Shown here: one piece after another, positions 36,702 through 46,402 of the stretch
How positions within the stretch are numbered: the first letter of the stretch is position 1
Layout of the letters: every line of letters begins with the position of its first letter
Assembly: GCA_963747795.1 (NCBI GenBank)
Contig: CAVVGS010000016.1
Location: 13,805-77,804, forward strand
DNA length: 64,000 nt
Reading direction: 5' to 3'
From: an uncultured Verrucomicrobiae bacterium
Lineage (GTDB): Bacteria > Verrucomicrobiota > Verrucomicrobiia > Opitutales > Opitutaceae
The notes under the pieces: model-generated
Database searches by the model: none
Seen by the model: only the letters and a program-made list of their open reading frames with translations
Told to the model about the DNA's origin: nothing
Program-made: the position numbers and the translations under genes

Positions 36702-38006
36702 CTACGACAATCGATGCAGCAGGAACGCCCCGCCGCCGTCGTGGCCGTCGACCCACGGATAGGAGATGCGAGAGTCTTCGAGTGCAAAATCGCCGGGAGC
36801 TTTCTTAAGGAAAGCCTCGGCCACTTTGAGATTCTCTTCCGGGTCGATGCTGCAGGTTGAATAGACCAGGCGCCCGCCGGGGGCGACAAAGCGGGAGGCG
36901 GCGGAAAGGATTTCCAGCTGCTGGCGGGCGTGCTTGCGGAAGTCCCCCTCCTGGAGGCGCCACTTGACGTCGATGCGATGGCGCATGACGCCCGTGTTTG
37001 AGCAGGGCACGTCGGCAAGGACGGCGGGATACTCCGGCGGCAGCCCGCGTTCCTTGAACGAGCGGGCGAGGTCCCGGCCCAGGTCGCCAGCCACGATCTC
37101 GGTCCTCACGCCCCGCACAAATGCAAGATTCTCCTTCAGCCGGCCGATCCGTCCGCCCGGAAGATCGAGCGACACCACAAGGCCGCCCCCGCCGGCCATC
37201 GCGTCTGAGATCTGCAGACTCTTCCCGCCCGGTGCGGCGCAAACGTCGAGCACGGCCTTTCCCGGCTTGGGGGCGAGGAGTTCGATCGGGATGCGCGTGG
37301 CCGGATCCTGAAGGTAGACCTGACCCGAACGCAGGAGGGGCCCGACATCGGCCCATCGGCCGGACGGAACCTCGAAGAACCCGGGCCATGGCGTTGCCTT
37401 GAGCCAATCCGGCGCGGGCGCCGGGTGGCTCCCCTCGGGGCGCCAGCGAGCAAATACCGGGGCCGGCCTCTGATTCCAGGCAAGCAGGGCATGGGTCGAT
37501 TCGGCGCCAAACAGGGCGAGCCATCGGCGCACGAGCCAGGCCGGGTGCGAGTAGAATTCTGCGAGGGAGTCGGCCGGAGAAAAAAGCGGCGGCTCGGGCT
37601 GAGTCCGGAGCATCTCGGCCATTTTGCGCGCAACCGCATTCACAAGTCGCGCCTCGGCGGGGCTCGCCAGGGTCTTGGTTTGCTCCACCGCGTGGTGCAC
37701 GATCTTCGCCGTTTCAGCCGTTCCTTCGATCAATTCGAATCCGGCCAGGAACAGGGCCGCGCGCGTGACAAACCGCGGAGGATGGGCGACAATGCGCTGC
37801 AATGCCGTTTCAAGACGAAGGGCGTGGCGCACCACGCCGAAGACAAGATGCTGGAAGCGGGCACGTTCCGCGCCTTCGAGGCCCGGAGCCGCAGCCTCCA
37901 TCAGCCGGTCTATGCGCTCGCGTGTGGCGAGCCATTGCGCCAGGAGCCGCGCGGCTTCCGGCCATGCCAGAGGGCTCGCCACGCGGGATTTGACAAGATC
38001 AGCCAT
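36702..38006 (-). CDS. rsmB: 16S rRNA (cytosine-C5) methyltransferase RsmB/Sun-like
   Basis: N-terminal NusB-like region. SAM-MTase core with DVCAAPGGKS, DVPCSNTG and STCS motifs. ATG 38006 is chosen. Confidence 0.85.
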   Translation of the reverse strand: MADLVKSRVASPLAWPEAARLLAQWLATRERIDRLMEAAAPGLEGAERARFQHLVFGVVRHALRLETALQRIVAHPPRFVTRAALFLAGFELIEGTAETAKIVHHAVEQTKTLASPAEARLVNAVARKMAEMLRTQPEPPLFSPADSLAEFYSHPAWLVRRWLALFGAESTHALLAWNQRPAPVFARWRPEGSHPAPAPDWLKATPWPGFFEVPSGRWADVGPLLRSGQVYLQDPATRIPIELLAPKPGKAVLDVCAAPGGKSLQISDAMAGGGGLVVSLDLPGGRIGRLKENLAFVRGVRTEIVAGDLGRDLARSFKERGLPPEYPAVLADVPCSNTGVMRHRIDVKWRLQEGDFRKHARQQLEILSAASRFVAPGGRLVYSTCSIDPEENLKVAEAFLKKAPGDFALEDSRISYPWVDGHDGGGAFLLHRLS

Positions 38007-38048
38007 TGTAAGCTCCACTCTCCGGTTTACGCTCCCTATCACGCAACC

Positions 38049-39890
38049 ATGAATTCCGCAGCCGTTTCCGCGCTTATCTCCAAGAATCCGTCCCTGAAGG
38101 GCGCCAAAGTGAAGCTGGAGGCCATGGAACCGGGCGCTTACGTGATACACCGAAGCTGGGGTTTTGGCCGCATAAAGGGCTACGACGAGACCACGCGCCG
38201 CCTGACGATCGACTTCAAGGACAAGAAGGGGCACGACATGGATCCGGCCTTTTGCGTGGGCACGATGGAAATCCTCCCGCCGAAACACCTGCTGGTCCGA
38301 AAGGAGGAGGAGCCCGAGAGGATAGCGAAGCTGGTTGCCGAAGACCCCGTCGAGCTGGTGGTCGAGACGCTGCTCGGGTATCCAAACCATGCCACGACCG
38401 CCATCGACCTCGAGATCACGCTCGCCCAGGTTGTCGGCGATGAAAAGTTCAAGAAATGGTGGACAAGCGCCAAAAAGGCGGCCGCCAACGACCCGCGGAT
38501 CGGCGTACCGGAAAAGAAGACTGAGTGCTACGTCCTTCGCGAAACACCGATCTCTGCCGAGGACGAAATCCTTGAACAGTTCAACAGCACCCGTTCAGCC
38601 CGCCGCCGCATCCACCTGGCCGAGGATCTGGTCGAGGCAGCGAAGCGCCAGGAAACCAAGGCCGACCTGTCCGCCGTTCTCAAGGGCCTGGCGGACGGGG
38701 TCCGGGACAGCAACCAGCTCGACCCCTCGGAACGCCTTTACGGGGCCGCGGTCAGGGACGACCTGGCCAAGCTCGCCGGTGCCGAGGCGCCCCTCGAGCC
38801 CTCCCAGGCATCCCTCGTCGCCAACGTGCGCGACCTTCCTGCGATCGCCGAACACATACCGGTCCCCTTTCAGAGCCGTTTTCTCGAACTCGTCAAGGAG
38901 ACCCATCCGGTCGAGTGCAGGGACATCGTCTTCAACCTGCTCAAGGTCTCCCAGGGCAAGTTCACGACCGAGTGCATCAACTTCCTTGTCGACAACGGCT
39001 ACTCCGATGATCTCGCCTCGGCGCTCAAGCGCTGGCAGACCGAGCAAAACCTGCGGGCGCCCGTGCTCCTCTGGATCGTCAAGAACCGCCATTCGAAGAA
39101 ATTCGCGAAGCTGCTCAACGACCTGATCAATCCGAGGCTGCTCGGAGCCATATTCTTTGGAATCGACTACGAGGCGCTCCAGGCCGCAAGCGCCCGGCGC
39201 ATCCCGCTGGCCGACATCCTGAGCGATGATCCGGACCTGATCGGCGACCTTCTGTCGACCGCGGACCCCGAAACCGCCCGCGACCTGGCGAACACCCTCC
39301 TGCTGAACCAGGGCTTCGAGGAGCTGACGAAGAAGTCGCTGCTGGCCCGCTTCATCAAGATATTCCCCAACATCCAATCCCTGGTCGCCAGCGACGGCGA
39401 GGGCCGCGAGGAGCAGCTCCTTGTGTCGCGCGCCAGCTACGACCGCCGGCGCGAGGAATACGAGACGATCGTCTCAAGGAAGATACCGGAGAATTCCCGG
39501 GCGATCGCGGCCGCCCGCGAGCACGGGGACCTGCGGGAGAACTCCGAATACAAGATGGCGAAGCAGGACCAGCAGATACTCATGGCCCAGAAGCGGGTGC
39601 TCGAGCGCGACCTCGCCCGCGCCCGCGTCACCGATTTCAAGGATGTGTCTGCCGACGCGGTCGGAATCGGAAGCATCGTCGAACTGAGGCACGCGGACGG
39701 GACGAGCACCCGCTACACGATCCTCGGGGCATGGGACGGCGATCCCGCCAACCACGTGATCTCTTACAAAACCCCGCTCGGGGCGGCCCTGCTCAACCGG
39801 AAGGTCGGCGAGACCGTCAAAGTCAAGACGGGGGCTGCCGAGGAGATCCATTCGGTCGTCTCTCTCGGCCGGTTCGTCGAAGCGTCCTAG
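38049..39890 (+). CDS. Large GreA/GreB-domain protein with CarD-like N-terminal domain
   Basis: The C-terminal ~160 aa match Gre factor coiled-coil plus globular domains (GDLRENSEY....A.V.D, GS.V.L...DG....YTI.G). The N-terminus GAYVIHRSWGFGRIKGYDE resembles CarD/TRCF RNAP-interacting domains. ATG 38049 is chosen. Confidence 0.7.
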   Translation: MNSAAVSALISKNPSLKGAKVKLEAMEPGAYVIHRSWGFGRIKGYDETTRRLTIDFKDKKGHDMDPAFCVGTMEILPPKHLLVRKEEEPERIAKLVAEDPVELVVETLLGYPNHATTAIDLEITLAQVVGDEKFKKWWTSAKKAAANDPRIGVPEKKTECYVLRETPISAEDEILEQFNSTRSARRRIHLAEDLVEAAKRQETKADLSAVLKGLADGVRDSNQLDPSERLYGAAVRDDLAKLAGAEAPLEPSQASLVANVRDLPAIAEHIPVPFQSRFLELVKETHPVECRDIVFNLLKVSQGKFTTECINFLVDNGYSDDLASALKRWQTEQNLRAPVLLWIVKNRHSKKFAKLLNDLINPRLLGAIFFGIDYEALQAASARRIPLADILSDDPDLIGDLLSTADPETARDLANTLLLNQGFEELTKKSLLARFIKIFPNIQSLVASDGEGREEQLLVSRASYDRRREEYETIVSRKIPENSRAIAAAREHGDLRENSEYKMAKQDQQILMAQKRVLERDLARARVTDFKDVSADAVGIGSIVELRHADGTSTRYTILGAWDGDPANHVISYKTPLGAALLNRKVGETVKVKTGAAEEIHSVVSLGRFVEAS

Positions 39891-39953
39891 GCCGCAGCGG
39901 ACGGGCGGCCGGCGCCGTCCGGCCGCGCAAAACGACTGACAGGCGTTTCAGCC

Positions 39954-40571
39954 GTGATAGAGATTCTCCTCAAGGGCATCGCAGCGGGCTTCATCGTCGC
40001 CGTGCCGCTTGGGCCGGTCGGCATACTTTGCTTCCGGCGGGTGTTGACGGGACGGCGGCTCGTCGGGCTGATGACCGTCCTCGGCGCGGGCCTTGCGGAC
40101 TCGATCTACGGCACGGCGGCCGCCTTCGGTCTGACGGCGGTGTCGCGGGCCCTGCTGACCCATCGCGAGGGCCTGAGGGCGGCCGGCGGGGTGCTGCTGC
40201 TTTTCCTCGGCGCGAGGATGATCCGCGCGCGGGCGCCCGACGGGACGGAGGTGACCTCGGTGGCGAGGCTGCCGGCGGCATTCCTCTCGGCGTTCCTCCT
40301 GATGGCCGCCAATCCGTCCGTCATCGTGTCGTTCCTGGTCGTGTTCGCCGCGCTGGACCTGGGAGCCGTGCAGGGCTATTCGCAGATGGCATGGCTGGGG
40401 CCGGGCGTCTTCGCCGGTTCCTCGGCGTGGTGGTTCGTCTACGTTCTGGTCAGGTCGGGCCTCGATCATAAGCTTCGCGGCGCCAGCCTCCGCTCCATCG
40501 ATGTCGGCGCCGGCCTGCTCGTGTGCGCCTTCGGCATCTGGCAGCTTGTCGAACTGGCCCTCGGGCGATAA
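39954..40571 (+). CDS. LysE/RhtB family amino-acid exporter
   Basis: 205 aa, about 6 TM segments, with the N-terminal G.A.GF..A.P.GPV motif. GTG start. Confidence 0.8.
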   Translation: MIEILLKGIAAGFIVAVPLGPVGILCFRRVLTGRRLVGLMTVLGAGLADSIYGTAAAFGLTAVSRALLTHREGLRAAGGVLLLFLGARMIRARAPDGTEVTSVARLPAAFLSAFLLMAANPSVIVSFLVVFAALDLGAVQGYSQMAWLGPGVFAGSSAWWFVYVLVRSGLDHKLRGASLRSIDVGAGLLVCAFGIWQLVELALGR

Positions 40572-40586
40572 TGTTGCAAAACGGCC

Positions 40587-41543
40587 GTGCGGCTCCCAGC
40601 CTGTGCGAACGTGAGCGCATCCTGGGACACGCTAAAGACCCTATCCGATCCCACCCGCCTGCGGCTGCTCGCGCTCGTGACGCGCGAGGAGCTGTCCGTC
40701 GCCGAACTTCAGGAGATCCTTGGGATGGGCCAGTCGAGGATTTCGTCCCAGCTCGCCCTGCTGCGGCAGGCCGGGCTTGTTTCGGACCGGCGCGACGGCA
40801 AGAAGGCATTCTATTCCCTCCGCGCCAATCTTCCTCCGAGGCAGGCCGCGCTGCTCAAGGCGGCGGTCGATTCGGTCGCCGAGCTTCCCGTCCTCGACGA
40901 GGACCGCGGAAACCTGGAGCGGATCCTCCTCAAGAGACGCCGCGTGTCGGAGCAGTATTTCAACCTGATCGCCGGACGCCTCGGCAAGAGCCACTGCCCA
41001 GGACGATCGTGGGAGGCGATCGGCCACCTGGCGCTCCGGTTGACTCCGCCCCTGGTCGTCGCGGACCTGGGCGCCGGCGAGGGCCTCATCTCGCAGCTCC
41101 TCGCCAGGCGGGCGAAGCAGGTGTGGTGCATCGACAACTCCCCGCGCATGGTCGAGGTCGGCACCGAGCTCGCCCGCAAGAACGGCCTCGTCAATCTGGC
41201 CTACAGGCTGGGAGACATCGAGAAGGTTCCGCTGCCCGACAAGTCGGTCGACGTCGCCATCCTGAGCCAGGCCCTGCACCACGCCCAGCATCCCCAGGCC
41301 GCCGTCCTCGAGGCGGCCCGCATCCTGCGCCCCGGCGGGCAGCTGCTCATCATCGACCTGAACGAGCATGGATTCAAGAAGGCGCGGGAGCTGTACGCGG
41401 ACGTGTGGCTCGGCTTCAAGGAAAACGTCCTGCACGGCTTCATGAAGAAGGCCGGCTTTCAACAGGTCGAGGTCACCGCCGTCGCCCGGGAGTCGAACGA
41501 ACCCTATTTCGAGACGCTGCTCGCAAGCGGAGTCAGGAAATAA
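40587..41543 (+). CDS. ArsR-family HTH fused to class I SAM-dependent methyltransferase
   Basis: LSDPTRLRLLAL...SVAELQEILGMGQSRISSQLALLRQAGLV wHTH, then VADLGAGEGLIS motif I. The start may be GTG 40611. Confidence 0.8.
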   Translation: MRLPACANVSASWDTLKTLSDPTRLRLLALVTREELSVAELQEILGMGQSRISSQLALLRQAGLVSDRRDGKKAFYSLRANLPPRQAALLKAAVDSVAELPVLDEDRGNLERILLKRRRVSEQYFNLIAGRLGKSHCPGRSWEAIGHLALRLTPPLVVADLGAGEGLISQLLARRAKQVWCIDNSPRMVEVGTELARKNGLVNLAYRLGDIEKVPLPDKSVDVAILSQALHHAQHPQAAVLEAARILRPGGQLLIIDLNEHGFKKARELYADVWLGFKENVLHGFMKKAGFQQVEVTAVARESNEPYFETLLASGVRK

Positions 41544-41606
41544 GATCTCAGGCTTCCAGTATTGAAATCCGGCATCCCGGATTTCAATACTGGAGGCCCG
41601 AGGTCT

Positions 41607-43379
41607 TCATTTTTCGACGGTGGCGCGCGAGCGGTAGAAGGCGTCCAGCTTCGCGTAGATCTCCTTCGGAGAATCCATCTCAAGCGCCTCGGCCGCAAGA
41701 TCCCGCGCCTCGGCCATCTTCATGGCCCTCACGATGTATTTGACCGTGGGCAACCAGCTCGGGGTCATGCTCAGGCTGTCGACTCCGAGGCCGAGAAGCA
41801 GGGGGGTGAAGACCGGGTCCCCGGCCATCTCGCCGCAGACGCTGACCGATATCTTCTGCCGGTGGGCCTCGTCGACAATCAGCTTCAGCGTCCGCAGCAC
41901 AGCCGGGTGCGTTGGCTCGTAGAGGTGGGCGATGCGGTCGTTCCCGCGGTCGATCGCAAGCAGGTATTGGATGAGATCGTTGGTTCCGATGCTGAAAAAG
42001 TCGCACTTGGGGGCCAAGAGGTCCGCCGTGAAAGCGGCGCTCGGGATTTCGATCATAGCGCCGACGGCAAGCTCCTCGTTGAAGGGCTGCCCGCGCTGCC
42101 GCAACTCGGCCTTGCACTCGCCCAGGACGTCGTTGGCCCGGCCTAGCTCCTCGGCTCCGCTGATCATTGGGTACATCAGCTGCACCTTTCCGTGGACACT
42201 CGCCCGCAGGATGGCCCTCAGCTGGTCCTTGAATACTGCGGGATGCTCGAGGCAGTAGCGAATCGCCCTGAACCCCAGAAACGGATTGGTCTCCCGCTGC
42301 ATCAGTTCCGGGATGCCCGCCATCGGCTTGTCGCCCCCGAGATCGAGGGTGCGGATGATGACCGGATTGGGCGCGAGGGCTTCGGCCACCGTCTTGTACG
42401 CAAGGAACTGCTCCTGTTCCGAGGGGACCCTGGAGGAGTTGAGATAGAGGTATTCGGTCCGGAACAGGCCGACCCCCTGCGCAAAATACTCCTTCACCTG
42501 CGCTATCTCCTCCACCTTGCCGATGTTGGCCATGAGCGGGACATTGACGCCGTCGAGCGTCACCGCCGGTTTCCGGTTGGCTTCGACCAGCCGGTCCTCA
42601 AATGACTTCTTTTCGAGCTGGATCTTGCCGTAGCGGAAAAGCGTCTGCTGCGAGGGGTGAAGGATGACCGTGCCCTCGTAGCCGTCGACGATCATCCAGT
42701 CGCTGGTCTTCACCCGCGTGGTCAGGTCGCGCACGCCGACGACCGCCGGAAGCTTCATCGAGCGGGCCACGATCACGGCGTGGCTTGTCTTGCTGCCCTT
42801 GTCCGTGACGATCCCGACGGCGGCGCTCCGGTCTATGCTCGCGCAGTCCGAGGGCGAGAGGTCGTTCGCGACGACAATGCGCTTCTCGGCCAGCCGGCTC
42901 AGGCTGTTTTCAGCCTGGCCGAGCAGGTTCTGGAGAACCCGCTGGGCCACGTCGCGGATGTCGCCCGCCCTTTCGCGCAGGTATTCGTCGTCGATCTCGG
43001 AAAAGGCCTGGATGTAGCGCTGGGAGATCTTGTTGAAGCACGTCTCGATGTTCTGGCTCGACGTCTCGAACTCCCGGATCGTCTCGGATATCAGGGCCTG
43101 GTCCTCGAGGACGAGCAGGTGCGCGTCGAAAATGAGCGACTCCTCAGGGCCGAGGTTCTTCTCCACCTCGCTTTGGATCTTTCCGATCTGCTGGCGGGTG
43201 ACGAGCAGCGCCTTGTCGAAACGGGCGATCTCCTCGATGCGTTTCCCGGGATCGACCTGGTAGCTGGGCACCTCGATCTCGCTTTGCAGGTACAGGAAAA
43301 TCTGGCCATAGGCGATGCCCTGCGAGGCGGAGATGCCTTGCACGATGAGTTCTACCTGACCGCGATCTTCCGAAGGCAT
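41607..43379 (-). CDS. ptsI: Phosphoenolpyruvate-protein phosphotransferase (PTS enzyme I)
   Basis: GSKTSHAVIVARS phospho-His motif, FFSIGTNDL and the C-terminal PEP-utilising TIM barrel. ATG 43379 is chosen. Confidence 0.9.
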   Translation of the reverse strand: MPSEDRGQVELIVQGISASQGIAYGQIFLYLQSEIEVPSYQVDPGKRIEEIARFDKALLVTRQQIGKIQSEVEKNLGPEESLIFDAHLLVLEDQALISETIREFETSSQNIETCFNKISQRYIQAFSEIDDEYLRERAGDIRDVAQRVLQNLLGQAENSLSRLAEKRIVVANDLSPSDCASIDRSAAVGIVTDKGSKTSHAVIVARSMKLPAVVGVRDLTTRVKTSDWMIVDGYEGTVILHPSQQTLFRYGKIQLEKKSFEDRLVEANRKPAVTLDGVNVPLMANIGKVEEIAQVKEYFAQGVGLFRTEYLYLNSSRVPSEQEQFLAYKTVAEALAPNPVIIRTLDLGGDKPMAGIPELMQRETNPFLGFRAIRYCLEHPAVFKDQLRAILRASVHGKVQLMYPMISGAEELGRANDVLGECKAELRQRGQPFNEELAVGAMIEIPSAAFTADLLAPKCDFFSIGTNDLIQYLLAIDRGNDRIAHLYEPTHPAVLRTLKLIVDEAHRQKISVSVCGEMAGDPVFTPLLLGLGVDSLSMTPSWLPTVKYIVRAMKMAEARDLAAEALEMDSPKEIYAKLDAFYRSRATVEK

Positions 43380-43534
43380 TCGAAAAACGCCGCACACGCC
43401 CCAGGGTGAATGGCGGGAGCGGCGCCCGAGCATAACGTCGCCTGAGCCACTGGGGTCAATGCCGATATTGCGCGATTTGCAGCTTTGCAGCCGCCTGGCT
43501 GAGCCATATCTGCCTGCCGGCAAAAAATCCGCGC

Positions 43535-44425
43535 TCAAGCCATCCGTGTCTCCGTGACAAGGGCCGACTGCCCCCAGGCCTCGCGGACCAGGGCCGCGAC
43601 CTCATCCGCCCGAGGGCCGCCTGATGGGGGCAGGAGCGCAAAGCAGGCGCTGCCGCTTCCGCTCAGGTGCAGGACAAGCCCGAAGTGGATTCGGATCCGG
43701 TCCGAGAGCACCGGAAGCGCCATAAATCTCTCGAATGTTGGGTGCTCAAAGCTATTAAAGAGGATCTCCTCGACTGCAGCCGAGGCATCGCCGAACCACG
43801 CAGCCAGCCTCCGCTCCGCCTCGGCCTCCGGCAGGTAGCCATCCCGCGCCCGCTGCGCGAGCCTGGCATAAGCGCTAGCCGTGGAAATCTCGAAGCCCGG
43901 CTTGAGAACAAAGACGCGCCGGCCGCTCAAGCGCCCGGCGGGCTCGGCCGGCAGCGCCTCGATCCGCTCTCCGCGGCCCCGCATGACGACCGGGCTGCCG
44001 CTCACAAAAAGCGGGCAGTCCGATCCTATCCCGGCGGCAATCTTGAAAAGGCCGGCGTCATTCAACGGCAGCCCGGCCAGATGATTCATCGCGCGCAGGG
44101 CGGCGACGGCGTTGCTGCTCCCGCCGCCGAGTCCGGCGCCGACCGGTATTCGCTTTTCGAGGATGAACCGGACGCCCCCGCGCCAGCCCGTCGCGGCCTG
44201 GAACGCCGCCGCCGCGCGCAGGATGAGATTGGCTCCATCCCGGGGTATCCGGGGATCATCGCACTCCAGCGAGAACCCCTGGCTGGTCTCCTCAGCCAAG
44301 AGCCTGTCTCCCCAGGCCAGCGGCGCCGCCAGCGACACAAGGTCGTGATAGCCGTCGGAGCGCCGCGCGGTGATCGCGAGGAAGAGGTTAAGCTTCGCAG
44401 GGGAATCTACGCAGATCGAATTCAC
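43535..44425 (-). CDS. ispE: 4-diphosphocytidyl-2-C-methyl-D-erythritol kinase
   Basis: AKLNLFL.I...R.DGYH.L.S and the GHMP kinase motif PVGAGLGGGSSNA. Confidence 0.9.
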   Translation of the reverse strand: MNSICVDSPAKLNLFLAITARRSDGYHDLVSLAAPLAWGDRLLAEETSQGFSLECDDPRIPRDGANLILRAAAAFQAATGWRGGVRFILEKRIPVGAGLGGGSSNAVAALRAMNHLAGLPLNDAGLFKIAAGIGSDCPLFVSGSPVVMRGRGERIEALPAEPAGRLSGRRVFVLKPGFEISTASAYARLAQRARDGYLPEAEAERRLAAWFGDASAAVEEILFNSFEHPTFERFMALPVLSDRIRIHFGLVLHLSGSGSACFALLPPSGGPRADEVAALVREAWGQSALVTETRMA

Positions 44426-44515
44426 CTATTTTGCCCCAATCTTGGCCGATCTTGTCGAATTGGAACAAGAAAACCTTTCCTCCGAGCCCAATTCTGCGTC
44501 AATTACCAAAGAACG

Positions 44516-45208
44516 ATGTCTTGCGAACTCATCCTGGCCCTCGACGTGCCGAGCCGCGACGCGGCGGACGCCGTGCTTGCGGAGATGCGCGGGACCATCG
44601 CGTGGGTGAAGATCGGCCTGCAGATGTTCACAGCCTACGGCCCGGATTATGTCCGCGCGGTGGCCGGCAGGGGATTCAGCGTTTTCCTTGATCTGAAGCT
44701 CCACGACATTCCGAGCACGGTCGCGCGCTCGGTCGAGTCGCTGAATCCGCTTCCGATCGGCATGCTCACGGTCCATGCCTCGGGCGGACGGGAGATGCTG
44801 GCCTCGGCGGCCAAGGCGGCGCGGCCGGATCTCATGGTCCTGGGCGTGACGGTCCTCACCTCCTTGGACGGGATCGCCCTCGCAGAGACGGGGATTGCGG
44901 GCGATGCCGCGGCGCAGGTCGCGCGGCTTGCGAAGCTCGCCGTTTCGGCGGGTCTCCGGGGCCTCGTTTGCTCCCCCCTTGAGATTTCCCTCCTCCGCCG
45001 CCAGCTGCCAGCCCACCTGAATCTGGTCACCCCGGGGATTCGGCCGGCCGGCGACGCCGGGGCCGACGACCAAAAGCGGGTCATGACGCCCGCCGACGCC
45101 CGCCGGGCCGGAGCAAACTATATTGTTGTTGGCCGCCCGATCCTAATGGCGAAGGATCATGCCGCGGCCGCGGCCGCAATCCTCCAGGATCTGCGTTCGG
45201 TCGGTTAA
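44516..45208 (+). CDS. pyrF: Orotidine 5'-phosphate decarboxylase
   Basis: LILALDV...KIG...F and FLDLKLHDIP motifs. ATG 44516 is chosen. Confidence 0.9.
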   Translation: MSCELILALDVPSRDAADAVLAEMRGTIAWVKIGLQMFTAYGPDYVRAVAGRGFSVFLDLKLHDIPSTVARSVESLNPLPIGMLTVHASGGREMLASAAKAARPDLMVLGVTVLTSLDGIALAETGIAGDAAAQVARLAKLAVSAGLRGLVCSPLEISLLRRQLPAHLNLVTPGIRPAGDAGADDQKRVMTPADARRAGANYIVVGRPILMAKDHAAAAAAILQDLRSVG

Positions 45209-45227
45209 GCACTAAGCTCGCCCACTC

Positions 45228-45929
45228 ATGAGTCGCACTGCAGCCATATTCCTCGCCGCCGGAAGCGGCCGGCGGATGCAGGGGGCCGTCGAGGACAAGG
45301 TTCTGGCGCCGCTGGGCGGCCGCCCGGTCTTCGCCCACTCCGGGGCCGCCTTCCTGGAGAGCGGTGTCGCCGACCTCTACGTTGTCGTGTACCGGGACCT
45401 CAGGCAGATGCTCGCCCTGTCGGCGGCGGCTCCGACGCCCTCGATGCTCATTCGCGGCGGGCGGACCAGGCAGGATTCCGTCATGCACGCCCTTGCGGCC
45501 CTGCCGGGAGACATAGCCTATGTCTTCGTCCATGACTGCGCGCGGCCGCTCGTGCGGCCCGATCAGCTCATCGCATTGCACGAGGCGGTGCGAAGGAAGG
45601 ACGCCGTCGTCCTGGCTCATCGCGTGTCCGACACGATCAAGGAATGCCCGCGCAAGGCGCCCCACCGCCTCCGCACGCTCGATCGCAGCCGGCTCTGGGC
45701 AATGGAGACCCCGCAGGTATTCGCCCGGGACCTGATCGTGCGCGCCTATGCCCGCGTCGCCGCGCGCGGGCTCCACGTGACCGACGACGCGGGCGCGGTC
45801 GAATGCCTCGGCCATCCGATCGCCGTCATCGAGAACTCGCGGCCAAACCCCAAGCTCACGACGCCGCACGACCTGGCCTATCTGGAGTTCCTCCTGAGCG
45901 ACCGCCCGAAGGAGGAGCGCGCCCCGTGA
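45228..45929 (+). CDS. ispD: 2-C-methyl-D-erythritol 4-phosphate cytidylyltransferase
   Basis: AAGSGRRM motif, VHD.ARP and T.K motifs. Confidence 0.9.
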   Translation: MSRTAAIFLAAGSGRRMQGAVEDKVLAPLGGRPVFAHSGAAFLESGVADLYVVVYRDLRQMLALSAAAPTPSMLIRGGRTRQDSVMHALAALPGDIAYVFVHDCARPLVRPDQLIALHEAVRRKDAVVLAHRVSDTIKECPRKAPHRLRTLDRSRLWAMETPQVFARDLIVRAYARVAARGLHVTDDAGAVECLGHPIAVIENSRPNPKLTTPHDLAYLEFLLSDRPKEERAP

Positions 45930-46402
45930 TTCGCGTAGGCCAGGGATACGACATCCACCGCCTGGTCGCGGGCCGCCCGCTCGTCCTCGGCGGCGTCCGC
46001 TTCGACACCGACTACGGCCTCCTGGGCCACAGCGACGGCGACTGCCTCACCCACGCCGTCTGCGACGCGCTGCTCGGGGCGGCCGGCCTTCCCGACATCG
46101 GGCATCACTTCCCGAACACCGATCCCGCATGGAAAGACGCCGACTCGCAGATCCTCCTCAGGCAGGTGATTGCCGAACTGCGCTCGCGCCAGCTTTTGCC
46201 CGTCAATATCGACGTCACACTTATCGCCGAAAGGCCCAGGATCCAGCCCAGGATCGCCGAGATGAAGGCCGCCCTCGCCCATTCCACAGGCCTGCCCCCC
46301 GACGCAATCGGGATAAAGGCGACAACGAATGAGGGAGTGGGCGAAATCGGCCGCGGCGAGGCGATCGCGGCCTGCGCCGTCGCGTTGATCGAAAGGCCAT
46401 GA
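45926..46402 (+). CDS. ispF: 2-C-methyl-D-erythritol 2,4-cyclodiphosphate synthase
   Basis: RVGQGYDIHRL....L.LGGV and HSDGD motifs. The GTG start overlaps the ispD stop (GTGA). Confidence 0.9.
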   Translation: MIRVGQGYDIHRLVAGRPLVLGGVRFDTDYGLLGHSDGDCLTHAVCDALLGAAGLPDIGHHFPNTDPAWKDADSQILLRQVIAELRSRQLLPVNIDVTLIAERPRIQPRIAEMKAALAHSTGLPPDAIGIKATTNEGVGEIGRGEAIAACAVALIERP

